From assembly GCA_017624955.1 (NCBI GenBank), contig JAGAMA010000042.1:30318-94317 (forward strand): a DNA stretch of 64,000 nt, in the 5' to 3' direction. Shown in pieces: positions 24,512 through 33,580 of the stretch. The position numbers were made by a program, and so were the translations under genes. Origin of the DNA: Alistipes sp. Lineage in GTDB: Bacteria; Bacteroidota; Bacteroidia; Bacteroidales; Rikenellaceae. Position 1 is the stretch's first letter. The number at the start of each line of letters is the position of its first letter. The notes beneath the pieces were generated by a model. It saw nothing but the letters and a program-made list of their open reading frames with translations. It did no database searches and had not been told where the DNA came from.

Positions 24512-25732
24512 ATGAAGAAATTTATGTTTGCCGCGCTGTCGCTGGTGCTGCTTTCGACGGCCTGCACCGCGCCGAAACATCCGCTCATTGATGGTGACAA
24601 ACCGCTGGCCGAGTGGATGGTAGAGAGCGAGATGAAGCGTTTCCCCTCGCCTGCACAGATCGATTTTATCCCCGTTGGTCAGATTAAGTGGGCCTATACG
24701 ACGGGCCTTGAGTTGCTCGCCATGAAGGAGGCTGCGAAGGAGTATGACCGCCCCGATTTCGATGCCTATGCACTGCGTTTCTACGACTCGATTGTCCGCC
24801 CCGACGGCTCGGTCATCGGCTACGCCAAGGAGAAGTACAACATCGACTTCATCTGCCCGGGTCGTCCGCTCTTTGAGATTTACGAGACGACCGGCGAGGA
24901 GCGCTACAAGAAGGTGATCGAGACCCTCTGGGAGCAGCTCCAGGAGCATCCGCGCATTGCAGCCGGTGGCTTCTGGCACAAGTTGCGCTACCCCCAACAG
25001 ATGTGGTTGGACGGTATCTACATGGGTCAGCCCTTCTATGCCGAGTATGTGATGCGCCATGTGATGCCCGTAGATGCCGAGGCCGGCAAGCGCTATGTGG
25101 ATGACATTGTCAACCACTTCGTATGTGCTGCACGCGGTACCTATGTACCCGAGACGGGGCTCTTCTGCCACGCCTTTGACGATGTACGCGCACAGTTCTG
25201 GTGCGACAAGGAGACGGGTCGTTCGCCCCACACCTGGAATCGTGCTCTGGGCTGGTACACGATGGCCATTGTTGAGACCCTGCAGTACCTGGGCGTGAAT
25301 GAGCAGACGCAGCCGATGATCGAGATTCTGACCCACATTGCCGACACCCTGCCGCGCTATGCAGATCCGAAGAGCGGTATGTGGTATCAGGTGGTTGAGT
25401 TCCCCGGTCGCGAGGGTAACTACGAGGAGGCCACCGGTTCGATTATGTACATCTACTCGATGCTCAAGGCACTGCGTCTGGGCTACCTGCCCGAGTCGTA
25501 CCGCGACGCGTGGATGGAGCGCTATCGTCAGTTTGTAGATCGCTTCCTTAAGGTCGAGGAGGATGGTACGATCTCGATCACCTCGTGCTGTGTCGTAGCC
25601 GGTCTGGATACCGAGGGTACGCGCCGCGATGGAACGTACGAGTACTACCTTTCGGAGCCGGTACGCGACAACGACCCCAAGGCTACGGGTCCCTTCATCT
25701 GGGCCGCCATGGAGTACGATCGAGCCAGATAG
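24512..25732 (+). CDS. glycoside hydrolase family 105 (unsaturated rhamnogalacturonyl hydrolase, YteR/YesR-like)
   Basis: Start at ATG 24512 gives MKKFMFAALSLVLLSTAC, a lipoprotein signal; the track ORF starts earlier, at 24431, inside the upstream gene. WLDGIYMGQPFYAEY and WNRALGWY are typical of the GH105/GH88 fold. Confidence 0.85.
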   Translation: MKKFMFAALSLVLLSTACTAPKHPLIDGDKPLAEWMVESEMKRFPSPAQIDFIPVGQIKWAYTTGLELLAMKEAAKEYDRPDFDAYALRFYDSIVRPDGSVIGYAKEKYNIDFICPGRPLFEIYETTGEERYKKVIETLWEQLQEHPRIAAGGFWHKLRYPQQMWLDGIYMGQPFYAEYVMRHVMPVDAEAGKRYVDDIVNHFVCAARGTYVPETGLFCHAFDDVRAQFWCDKETGRSPHTWNRALGWYTMAIVETLQYLGVNEQTQPMIEILTHIADTLPRYADPKSGMWYQVVEFPGREGNYEEATGSIMYIYSMLKALRLGYLPESYRDAWMERYRQFVDRFLKVEEDGTISITSCCVVAGLDTEGTRRDGTYEYYLSEPVRDNDPKATGPFIWAAMEYDRAR

Positions 25733-25788
25733 AAATTTAGCATTTAGAATTCAAAATTTAGAATTAGGGATTCTAAAATTAGAGCTAT

Positions 25789-25832
25789 AAGGCCTATGGG
25801 ACCTATGTGTCCTATGGGCCTTATATTTTTTT
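25789..25832 (+). terminator. Rho-independent terminator of the pectin operon
   Basis: A 14-bp stem (AAGGCCTATGGGAC...GTCCTATGGGCCTT) followed by ATATTTTTTT. Confidence 0.75.
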
Positions 25833-25916
25833 GTATTGGTGTTCATCTGTCTTTTTGATTTCAACGGAAATCCACAACGATTATTAGCATTACCCAAGGA
25901 GCTTTAGCGACTAAGT

Positions 25917-26031
25917 CCCCCTTATCAACTGCTGCAACAGCCGAGTGCAGAGGTCGCTTGCGAACCTATGCCGAGGCGCGCAAGCAGTCACGGCAAATTG
26001 CCGTAAAGGGGGATTTAGGGGGATTGTCTAT
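25917..26031 (+). repeat. S2 module, long form
   Basis: cccccttatcaa...three internal hairpins...gtaaagggggatttagggggattgtctat. Confidence 0.8.
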
Positions 26032-26076
26032 ATTTTTTTTATTTACAAGGAAAATTTACCTTAATCACTCCGCTTT

Positions 26077-26194
26077 CAGCCTTTTGTGCCACTGAAGGTG
26101 GCATTGAAAATGATTTACTCCGCCTCTGAGCTTGCTCGGAAAGGCGAAGTAAATTGTTTTCAAATCAGTTGCCAAGCAGGCAACCAAAAGGCTG
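26077..26194 (+). repeat. S1 four-helix structured module, copy 2
   Basis: See 8407-8519. Confidence 0.8.
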
Positions 26195-26240
26195 CGCCAT
26201 GAAGCTCTGCGATGTGCCCTTTTCACACTTTTGTAGGCAT

Positions 26241-26274
26241 AATTTTTAATTTTTAATTTTTAATCGCTAATTTT
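26241..26274 (+). repeat. AT-rich TTAA-repeat tract, part of the promoter cassette
   Basis: aatttttaatttttaatttttaatcgctaatttt. Confidence 0.8.
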
Positions 26275-26275
26275 G
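26268..26275 (+). promoter_or_regulatory. -7 box (TAATTTTG) upstream of dnaG
   Basis: Exact TAnnTTTG match only 7 nt before ATG 26282. This implies a near-leaderless mRNA, or else a promoter further upstream. Confidence 0.35.
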
Positions 26276-26281
26276 CAAACT

Positions 26282-28261
26282 ATGATCGATCGGACAACAG
26301 TTGATAAAATCTACGCCGCAGCCAATATCGTCGAGATTATTGGCGACTATGTGACGCTCAAACGCAAGGGTGTCAATTACATGGCGTGTTGTCCGTTCCA
26401 CAACGAGAAGACCCCTTCGTTCGTCGTATCCCCCTCCAAGGGGCTTTACAAGTGCTTCGGTTGCGGTAAGGGCGGTAATGCCGTCACGTTCCTCATGGAG
26501 CACGAAAGCGTAAGCTACCCCGAGGCGCTGAAGATGGTCGCCAAGCGCTACAACATCCCCGTTGAGGAGCGCGAAGAGAGCGAGGAGGATATCCGTCGCA
26601 ACAACGACCGCGAGAGTATGTTTGCCGTCAATAGCTGGGCGGCCGAGTACTTCATGAACTACCTCCACAACGAGAGTGAGGGTCGTTCGGTGGGGTTGAG
26701 CTACTTCCGTCAGCAGCGCCGTCTGACGGATGCCACGATCCGAAAATTCGGCCTCGGCTTCTGCCCCTCGTATGGCGATCGGATGACCACCGATGCCCTC
26801 AAGGCGGGCTACAAGGAGGAGTACCTGAAGATGACGGGTCTTACGAAGGCCCGCGAGAGCGACGGACACCTCTACGATCCCTTCCGCGATCGCGTGATCT
26901 TCCCCGTGCACAATATTTCGGGCCGCGTGGTGGCTTTTGGAGCCCGTACGCTGCGTTCGGATAAGAAGGTGGCCAAGTACCTCAATTCGCCCGAGAGTGA
27001 GATTTACAGCAAGCGTAACGAGATCTACGGCCTCTACTTTGCCAAGCGTGCCATCCAACAGCAGGATTGCGCCATCATGGTCGAGGGCTACCTCGATGTG
27101 ATCTCGATGCACCAGGTGGGTATCGAGAATGTTGTGGCCTCGTCGGGTACGTCGCTTACGCAGCAGCAGATTCGCCTCCTGTCACGCTTCTCGCGCAACA
27201 TGACCGTCATCTACGACTCCGATCCGGCGGGTATCAAGGCCTCGCTGCGCGGTATCGACCTCATCCTGCAGGAGGGGTTGAATGTCCGTGTGGTGCTCCT
27301 ACCGGATGGGGAGGACCCCGATAGCTTTGCCCGCAGCCATACGGCCGACGAGGTGCGCCAATACATCGCCGACCACGAGCAGGACTTCCTGAATTTCAAG
27401 GCACGTCTCTTGCTCGATGAGGCGAAGGGGGATCCCGCCCGCAAGGCGATGGTGATCGGCGATATGGTGCAGTCGATTGCCCAGATTCCCGATGCCATTC
27501 AGCGTGCTGTCTACATCAAGGAGTGTGCCCGTACGACCGATACGCAGGAGCAGGTGCTCATTGCCGAGGTGGCTCGCAAGCGCCTCTCTTCGTCGGGCGA
27601 CCGCGAGACGGACGAATTTATGCGCCGTCAGTCGGCCCAGATTCGTGACGAACAGGCCGAGACGGAGCGCGCCGAGGCGATCAATGTGCGCGTTGAGCCG
27701 GGTAGCAGTGTCGAGACCCTGGAGAGCGCCCTGGTGCAGTTCCTCCTGCAGCACGGCCACTGCAACTTCGAGGTCAAGGAGGGTCACCACATGGTCGATT
27801 GCAACGTGGCGGAGTTTATCTTCACGGAGCTCGAGACGGATAAAATCCGCTTCGAAAATCCCCTCTACGAGAAGATCGTGAGCCTCTACCGCTCGATCTA
27901 TGAGGAGCAGGGCGTGGGCGTAAAGGTCCCCGAGGATCGCTTTATTCAGTACAACGACCCCGATGTGGTAAACCGCGTGGTGGAGATCCTGATGGCCGAT
28001 AAGAACTACACGATGAGCAAGATCTGGAAGCGCAACGATATCCATGTTGAGAGCGAGGAGGAGATGCTGGCGGCAGGTGTCCCGAAGACGATCCACATCT
28101 TCAAGTCGAAGGTGATCGACCGCATGATCCGCCAACAGCATGACATTCTTCGCAAGGAGGATCTGTCGGAGGAGGAGCAGAGCCAGGCCGTGAAGACCCT
28201 TGCGCACCTCAACACGGTGAAGGTCAAGCTGGCCAAGAAGATCGAGCGATTGATCCTCTAA
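26282..28261 (+). CDS. dnaG: DNA primase
   Basis: CHC2 zinc finger CPFHNEKTPSFVVSPSKGLYKCFGCG. TOPRIM region MVEGYLDVIS...DSDPAG. I prefer ATG 26282 over the TTG at 26273. Confidence 0.93.
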   Translation: MIDRTTVDKIYAAANIVEIIGDYVTLKRKGVNYMACCPFHNEKTPSFVVSPSKGLYKCFGCGKGGNAVTFLMEHESVSYPEALKMVAKRYNIPVEEREESEEDIRRNNDRESMFAVNSWAAEYFMNYLHNESEGRSVGLSYFRQQRRLTDATIRKFGLGFCPSYGDRMTTDALKAGYKEEYLKMTGLTKARESDGHLYDPFRDRVIFPVHNISGRVVAFGARTLRSDKKVAKYLNSPESEIYSKRNEIYGLYFAKRAIQQQDCAIMVEGYLDVISMHQVGIENVVASSGTSLTQQQIRLLSRFSRNMTVIYDSDPAGIKASLRGIDLILQEGLNVRVVLLPDGEDPDSFARSHTADEVRQYIADHEQDFLNFKARLLLDEAKGDPARKAMVIGDMVQSIAQIPDAIQRAVYIKECARTTDTQEQVLIAEVARKRLSSSGDRETDEFMRRQSAQIRDEQAETERAEAINVRVEPGSSVETLESALVQFLLQHGHCNFEVKEGHHMVDCNVAEFIFTELETDKIRFENPLYEKIVSLYRSIYEEQGVGVKVPEDRFIQYNDPDVVNRVVEILMADKNYTMSKIWKRNDIHVESEEEMLAAGVPKTIHIFKSKVIDRMIRQQHDILRKEDLSEEEQSQAVKTLAHLNTVKVKLAKKIERLIL

Positions 28262-28468
28262 CGAAGGCGAAACGCCCGATCCACGGCTTTGGATCGAGCG
28301 CTTCGAGGGAGGGGCATCGGTTCGTACGCGTATCGCTACGCATACCGTGTGCAAACAGAAAATAAACAGAAAGATGTGTAAAACATTCAAAAGATAAAAG
28401 AATTAGTTACCTTAAGCCGATACCCATCCCTGCGACTGAAAGGTGCAATAAATATGCCGTTTTGAGCG

Positions 28469-28936
28469 ATGAGCGAACAGAAAAAGAGCAAGATCAACAT
28501 AAAGAACAAGCGAGCCACCTTCGATTATGAGATTCTGGAGGAGTGGGTTGCCGGTGTGGTGCTGGTCGGTACAGAGATCAAGTCGATTCGTGCCGGCAAG
28601 GCCTCGATGGTCGATTCCTATTGCTACTTTGATCGTGGCGAGTTGTGGATTCGCGGTGTGAACATCGCCGAGTATGCCTGGGGAACGTGTAACAACCACA
28701 CGCCGCGCCGTGACCGCAAACTGCTGCTCACGGGGCGTGAGTTGCAGAAGTTGGAGCGCGCCTCGCAGGATAAGGGACTGACGATCGTGGGTCTGAGACT
28801 CTTTCTCAACGACCGCGGCCTGGCAAAGATCGTGATCGGCCTGGCGCGTGGTCGCAAGGCCTACGATAAGCGCGAGTACCTGAAGGAGAACGATGCGAAG
28901 CGCGAGATGGACAAGGCGATGAAAAATTTTAGATAA
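28469..28936 (+). CDS. smpB: SsrA-binding protein
   Basis: 155 aa; [29 protein letters not shown] is a classic SmpB N-terminus. Confidence 0.93.
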   Translation: MSEQKKSKINIKNKRATFDYEILEEWVAGVVLVGTEIKSIRAGKASMVDSYCYFDRGELWIRGVNIAEYAWGTCNNHTPRRDRKLLLTGRELQKLERASQDKGLTIVGLRLFLNDRGLAKIVIGLARGRKAYDKREYLKENDAKREMDKAMKNFR

Positions 28937-28957
28937 GCATCAGATAACGATAGCATT

Positions 28958-29665
28958 ATGGCACTTATACTCTGCATTGAAACCGGAACCGATATCTGCT
29001 CGGTGGGCATCGCCCGCGATGGGGAGCTGATCTCGCTGCGCGAGAGCGACGAGGGGCGCGACCATGCCCGTCAGGTGGCCGTTTTTGTCGATGAACTCTT
29101 GGAGGAGATGGGGCTGCAGCCCGACGAATTGGATGCCATTGCCGTAGGCAAGGGGCCGGGCTCCTATACGGGTCTGAGAATCGGTGTCTCGTTTGCCAAG
29201 GGTTTGGCCTACGGACTGGGGAAACCCCTCTTGGCGGTGGGTTCGCTCGATGCCCTGACCGAGGTGGCACGCGAGGACTACGAGGCGGGCATCCTCGATG
29301 TCGATGGCTGGGAGGAGGCTGTGCTGTGCCCGATGGTCGATGCGCGCCGTATGGAGGTCTATACGCAGCGTTTCGATAGCCGTGGCAATGCCCTGAGTGA
29401 GGTTTCGGCCGAGGTGATCGATGCGGAGAGCTTCGCTGCCGAGCGCGTTTCGGAGCGCCCGTTTGTCATCTTCGGCAATGGTGCAAAGAAGTGCGAGGAG
29501 GTCTTGAGCGGTGCTGTCTGGGTACCTGTTGCCCCCTCGGCGCGTGGCTTGGTGCGCCTGGCTGAAGAGGCCTTCACGGCGGGTCGATTTGAGGATATTG
29601 CCTACTTCGAGCCCTTCTACCTGAAGGATTTTGTGGTGATCGCATCGAAGAAAAAGTTGTTCTAA
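28958..29665 (+). CDS. tsaB: tRNA N6-threonylcarbamoyladenosine biosynthesis protein TsaB (YeaZ)
   Basis: ILCIETGTDICSVGIA...AVGKGPGSYTGLRIGVSFAKGLA is the TsaB/YeaZ signature. Confidence 0.88.
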   Translation: MALILCIETGTDICSVGIARDGELISLRESDEGRDHARQVAVFVDELLEEMGLQPDELDAIAVGKGPGSYTGLRIGVSFAKGLAYGLGKPLLAVGSLDALTEVAREDYEAGILDVDGWEEAVLCPMVDARRMEVYTQRFDSRGNALSEVSAEVIDAESFAAERVSERPFVIFGNGAKKCEEVLSGAVWVPVAPSARGLVRLAEEAFTAGRFEDIAYFEPFYLKDFVVIASKKKLF

Positions 29666-30297
29666 TGTCGGCGAATCGAATGCGCGGTTTTTGGTGTGCG
29701 GTGTTGGCCCTTTTGCTTTGCACGGCGTGCAGCAACACTCGCTCCGATGAGGAGCAGGCGATGATCGGGGCTGTTGAGGAGTTGGTTGAGCGCTATCCGT
29801 CAGCCACCTTGCAGGATATCTATAAGAGCTGTTTCCAGGACCATTTCGGTGTGGCACATTTGTTGGCCGATCGCGAGCGCGTGAAGGGTTATATCGAGTA
29901 TGAACTCTCGACGGCCGATTCGCTCGTCGGGATTTATTATGAGCCGTGTGGCTGGCGAGGTAACTTTGTGCGTGTCAATCTTTTGGCTGTGCATGACGGG
30001 CATCTTACGGCCGATGAGCTGACCGATGCCTTTATGGCAAGTGCCGCCTATTCAAAAAACGAGGTGAGCGAGGAGTGGCTCGCGGAGTGGCAGACGATCC
30101 TCCGACTGATCAAAGAGGAGGGGCTGGATCGGGCGTTGGTCGGTTTTAGTGCCGACTCGGCAGAGCTTGCCCGACTGCTCGGCGAAGGAAAGTATGTGAT
30201 GCACCACAGCGCCTCGTTCCGCGATGCGTACCATCCGCACTATCGCATCATTCATCGCTCGGTATTTGAGGAGCAGATCCTGCCACGACTGAAATAA
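29665..30297 (+). CDS. hypothetical lipoprotein
   Basis: The start overlaps the tsaB stop (TAATG). Lipobox ALLLCTAC. I recognise no family. Confidence 0.65.
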   Translation: MSANRMRGFWCAVLALLLCTACSNTRSDEEQAMIGAVEELVERYPSATLQDIYKSCFQDHFGVAHLLADRERVKGYIEYELSTADSLVGIYYEPCGWRGNFVRVNLLAVHDGHLTADELTDAFMASAAYSKNEVSEEWLAEWQTILRLIKEEGLDRALVGFSADSAELARLLGEGKYVMHHSASFRDAYHPHYRIIHRSVFEEQILPRLK

Positions 30298-30316
30298 AGC
30301 GGAAAGCGGAAAAACC

Positions 30317-30350
30317 AAGGGAGATGACCGAAGTCATCTCCCTTCTTTGT
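30317..30350 (+). terminator. bidirectional terminator hairpin between convergent genes
   Basis: AAGGGAGATGAC-cgaa-GTCATCTCCCTT followed by CTTTGT. Confidence 0.65.
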
Positions 30351-30372
30351 GCGAACTGTTAATTGTTAATTT

Positions 30373-32166
30373 TTAATTCTCCTTCACCTCGCCCTTGACG
30401 AACTCGTAGACTGCCTTCTGTGTGCCGTCCTCGTTCCAATGGGTGGCAGGACCTTCGGCTACATAACCTACAAATTTGCGATCCAGGTCGCGGGGCGTAG
30501 GTTCGATGTTCCAATGCGACTCCACGCGCTTTTGGCCGTTGGGGTAGTACTGCGTCCATACGCCGCGCATCGTCTCCAGGTTGCGCTCCCAGCGCCAACG
30601 GAGCGTGCCGTCGGGGTTGTAGAAGAGCTCCTCACCCGTCTTGCGACCATGCTCATAAACGACCTGATGCTGCAGCGTGCCGTCGGCGTAGTAATCCTTC
30701 GTCGTGCCGTGCAGCAGGTAGCGACCATTGGGGTAGGTCATTGCCTCCCACTCGGCCTTAAGAGCGCCATTCGGGTACTTCTCCGAGTAGGCCTTCTGTT
30801 CGCCACCCTCCTTCGAGATCGTCACTTCGCCCTCGTCGGACCAGATCCATGCCTCGTTCAACTCATAGTGCAAGGCGGGGTAGTTGGCCGAGGTAAGAAT
30901 GTGAATCAGTCCGTTCGGAGCTTGGCGAACGGTCGAGTACCCGAGCGAGGGATGAGCCGTGCGGCGGTTGTGGGGGAGTGCCACGGGCAGCGATTTGATG
31001 CGCCACGTCTGGCCGTTGTCCTTCGAAATGGCAATCACGCACTTATCCTCGTTCTTCCAACCTTCGGGGGCGGGAATATCCTTTTTGAGCATGTAGGAGT
31101 CGGTGATGTAAACCAGGTTGCCCGACTGGAGACGGATGATCGAGGGACGTTGTGCGCTACCCAGCGGCGGGAAGGGCGAGGGGGTTGCCTCCTCCCAGGT
31201 TGCACCCCAGTCGCGCGAGATATTTTGCGGTGTCCAACCCTCCACATCGGCATTCTTGCCACCAATCGAGAGCAGCGTGCCTTGCTCGTCGAGCGGAACA
31301 ATGGTCGAGTGGCGACCCAACGTGCGGCCACCCATATCCTCCCACGTTACGCCCTCGTCTTGGCTGCGCCAGAGGAAGCTGTTGCTGTCGTCGGCATCCA
31401 TCGCCATATAGATATTGCCGGCCGGATCGCGGAAGGCGCTGTTGATCGGCTGAGCCGTGAAGTCCGTAGCGGCGGTGTCGAGCTGCGGGATCGCGTAGGT
31501 CCAGGTAGCACCGTTATCCTCCGAGGTGGCGATGCGGAAGGGGACGTAGTTCGACATGTAGCGACCGCCACCGAAGAACCAGATCTTACCGTTATCGTTC
31601 CAGAGGAGTCCGGACTGGTCGTTACCGAGTTTCGTATCGTAGAAGAGTTCGGGCATATCCCACTCCTCGGCACCAAAGCGCAGACGAGCCTGCACGAAGG
31701 TAGCCATCGTGTCGCTCTCGCTGCGACCACGGGGCGAGCTGAAGTAGATAGCCAGGGCATCGCCGTTGGGCATCACCTCAAAGCCCGGAGAGTGGCAGTG
31801 ATGGAACACGCCGTAATCCAGGCCGGCCATCTCGCCCTGCTCGGTCGGCGTGTAGGAGGCCGGAATCGGGAGCGTGAAGCGCACCGTGAAGAAGGGCTCG
31901 TCGGCTACGGGACCCTGCTTCGCCTCGTCGGTCGATTGTCTTACGGCCGACTGCGTGAAGGGCACCGTCTCGCGCTCCTTGAGTACATAGTGAATCACAT
32001 TGGCCGAATCGCCCAGCGCGGCCATCTCCTCTCCGGCCTTGAATTGCGATGCTACGACGTAGAGCGTGTCCTGATCCAGGTGCGCCCATGCCTTTTTCTG
32101 CTGCGTGGAGCATGCGCTAAGCAATGCCACCACGGCTGCTACGAGTAGTAGAGTTCGTTTCATCAT
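30373..32166 (-). CDS. lipoprotein: BNR/Asp-box sialidase-like beta-propeller fused to C-terminal MORN/YwqK-type repeats
   Basis: Start at ATGATG 32166 gives MMKRTLLLVAAVVALLSAC. Four Asp-boxes: SEDNGATW, SQDEGVTW, SRDWGATW and SKDNGQTW. The C-terminus has repeated YPNG/YADG/NPDG...G motifs. Confidence 0.8.
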   Translation of the reverse strand: MMKRTLLLVAAVVALLSACSTQQKKAWAHLDQDTLYVVASQFKAGEEMAALGDSANVIHYVLKERETVPFTQSAVRQSTDEAKQGPVADEPFFTVRFTLPIPASYTPTEQGEMAGLDYGVFHHCHSPGFEVMPNGDALAIYFSSPRGRSESDTMATFVQARLRFGAEEWDMPELFYDTKLGNDQSGLLWNDNGKIWFFGGGRYMSNYVPFRIATSEDNGATWTYAIPQLDTAATDFTAQPINSAFRDPAGNIYMAMDADDSNSFLWRSQDEGVTWEDMGGRTLGRHSTIVPLDEQGTLLSIGGKNADVEGWTPQNISRDWGATWEEATPSPFPPLGSAQRPSIIRLQSGNLVYITDSYMLKKDIPAPEGWKNEDKCVIAISKDNGQTWRIKSLPVALPHNRRTAHPSLGYSTVRQAPNGLIHILTSANYPALHYELNEAWIWSDEGEVTISKEGGEQKAYSEKYPNGALKAEWEAMTYPNGRYLLHGTTKDYYADGTLQHQVVYEHGRKTGEELFYNPDGTLRWRWERNLETMRGVWTQYYPNGQKRVESHWNIEPTPRDLDRKFVGYVAEGPATHWNEDGTQKAVYEFVKGEVKEN

Positions 32167-32206
32167 CTTGAAAGTTTTAAGGTTTTGGTAATTGCGGTTT
32201 TGAAAC

Positions 32207-32250
32207 AAAAAAGCGGGCAAGCCGACCGGTTTAGTGTCTGCTTACCCGCT
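32207..32250 (-). terminator. Rho-independent terminator after the DUF4861-like gene (minus strand)
   Basis: On the minus strand: GCGGGTAAGC...GCTTGCCCGC followed by TTTTTT. Confidence 0.65.
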
Positions 32251-32270
32251 GTTGTCGGAATCTTGTCGGA

Positions 32271-33398
32271 TTACTTGATCGTCACCTGCAGCGGGCTTTC
32301 AACCATAGCTGCCTGCTCCTTGATCGTCTCGATCCAATCCTCCATGTTCTCTACGCCACCCTGGCTCCAGCCCGAGGCGCTGTAGTAGGTCATCTTCTCG
32401 CCCGACTTCACAGCCTTCACGGCAAGCGTGTGACCCAGCAGGTCGGCGTTAAGCTCGGCACCCGGCAGTACGATAGCCTGGTAGATGTCGCCATCCACCT
32501 CAGGCTGCTTCGAGTCCGAAACGGCCTCCACCATGGCGATCCAACCCTCGCCCTGCTCCGTGCCCTTCACCTCGTGGCGTACGAAACCGGCTGCGATGGG
32601 CAGCTCCTCGAACTCGCCCTCGTAGAGGTTCTCCATGCGGTTGAAACGCTGGTTGGCATCGAGCGAGATGGTCTTCACGAGCGATACGGCCGTGCCGTTT
32701 ACACCCCAGGGTACATAGACCAGCTTTACGGTCGTGCGGATCGGACCGTTGTCCAGCGTCTGGCAGGTGGCGTAGTTGTGCTCCATGGGCCAGAACTTAC
32801 CCTCCAGCATCGGCACCGAAGCGCCACCGCCGAGCGTGCGGCCAACCTTGTAGCAATCCATGCCGTCGCCGTAGTTGTGGTGGTAGTCACCCTTGGCATA
32901 CCACTCGTCGATAACGAGCTTCTCGGTGCACTTCACCCATACGTCAATACCCGGCGTGATGAGCTTCTCGGGCGAGGTCTCCAGGGCGGGACCATAGAGG
33001 CGGTAAGCCGAGAGGTTGTTCTCCCAGGCGTAGTCGTCGTAACGCTCCGGCACCTGACGGCCGAAGGCCTGCTGCTCATACTCCGAGCGAGTGCCGGCAG
33101 CGATCTGGAACGTAGCCGTCTCACCACCCTCTACGGCGCACTGGAAGATCAGCGCCTGCGGCTCGGCCTCGCCGCGATAGATCACCTGCGAGGGGATCTC
33201 CTCGCCCTCGGCGTTCATGACAACTACGGTCTCGGGCGTAAGACCCTCAATCGACTGCGAGAGCTTCGTCCAGCAGAGCTCTACGGTCTCGGCCGTGCGG
33301 GCTACGTCGGTCGGATTCGCTACCTCGACCTCGACGGCTTTGTCGGTTTGGCAGGCTGCCAATGCGGCAGCGGCCAGCAAAAAGAATAGTTTTTTCAT
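32271..33398 (-). CDS. lipoprotein, DUF4861-like (second paralogue)
   Basis: Start at ATG 33398 gives MKKLFFLLAAAALAAC. It is homologous to 13700-14878. Confidence 0.7.
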   Translation of the reverse strand: MKKLFFLLAAAALAACQTDKAVEVEVANPTDVARTAETVELCWTKLSQSIEGLTPETVVVMNAEGEEIPSQVIYRGEAEPQALIFQCAVEGGETATFQIAAGTRSEYEQQAFGRQVPERYDDYAWENNLSAYRLYGPALETSPEKLITPGIDVWVKCTEKLVIDEWYAKGDYHHNYGDGMDCYKVGRTLGGGASVPMLEGKFWPMEHNYATCQTLDNGPIRTTVKLVYVPWGVNGTAVSLVKTISLDANQRFNRMENLYEGEFEELPIAAGFVRHEVKGTEQGEGWIAMVEAVSDSKQPEVDGDIYQAIVLPGAELNADLLGHTLAVKAVKSGEKMTYYSASGWSQGGVENMEDWIETIKEQAAMVESPLQVTIK

Positions 33399-33431
33399 GG
33401 TTAGGTTTTTGAAAAATAAGTCTCTTGAGGG

Positions 33432-33439
33432 CAAATTTA
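33432..33439 (-). promoter_or_regulatory. -7 box (TAAATTTG) for the DUF4861-like gene
   Basis: Exact TAnnTTTG match 34 nt upstream of ATG 33398 on the minus strand. Confidence 0.4.
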
Positions 33440-33580
33440 CGATTTAATTTGCAGAATATGGCATAAACGACAAAAATATCGCGCGAATTTAGCTATGAAA
33501 TTCATTGTAAAATTAAGAAAGTTGTATTATCTTTACATGCTGGAATGTGTATATAAACCAATAAAACCTCAATACTAACT

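Noticed and set aside
30358-30381. A fifth promoter cassette, because of the ttaattgttaatttttaattc tract.
   Set aside because: The tract overlaps the stop codon and 3' end of the minus-strand BNR/MORN gene and is not followed by a TAnnTTTG box or a gene start. It was kept only as a related AT-rich tract.
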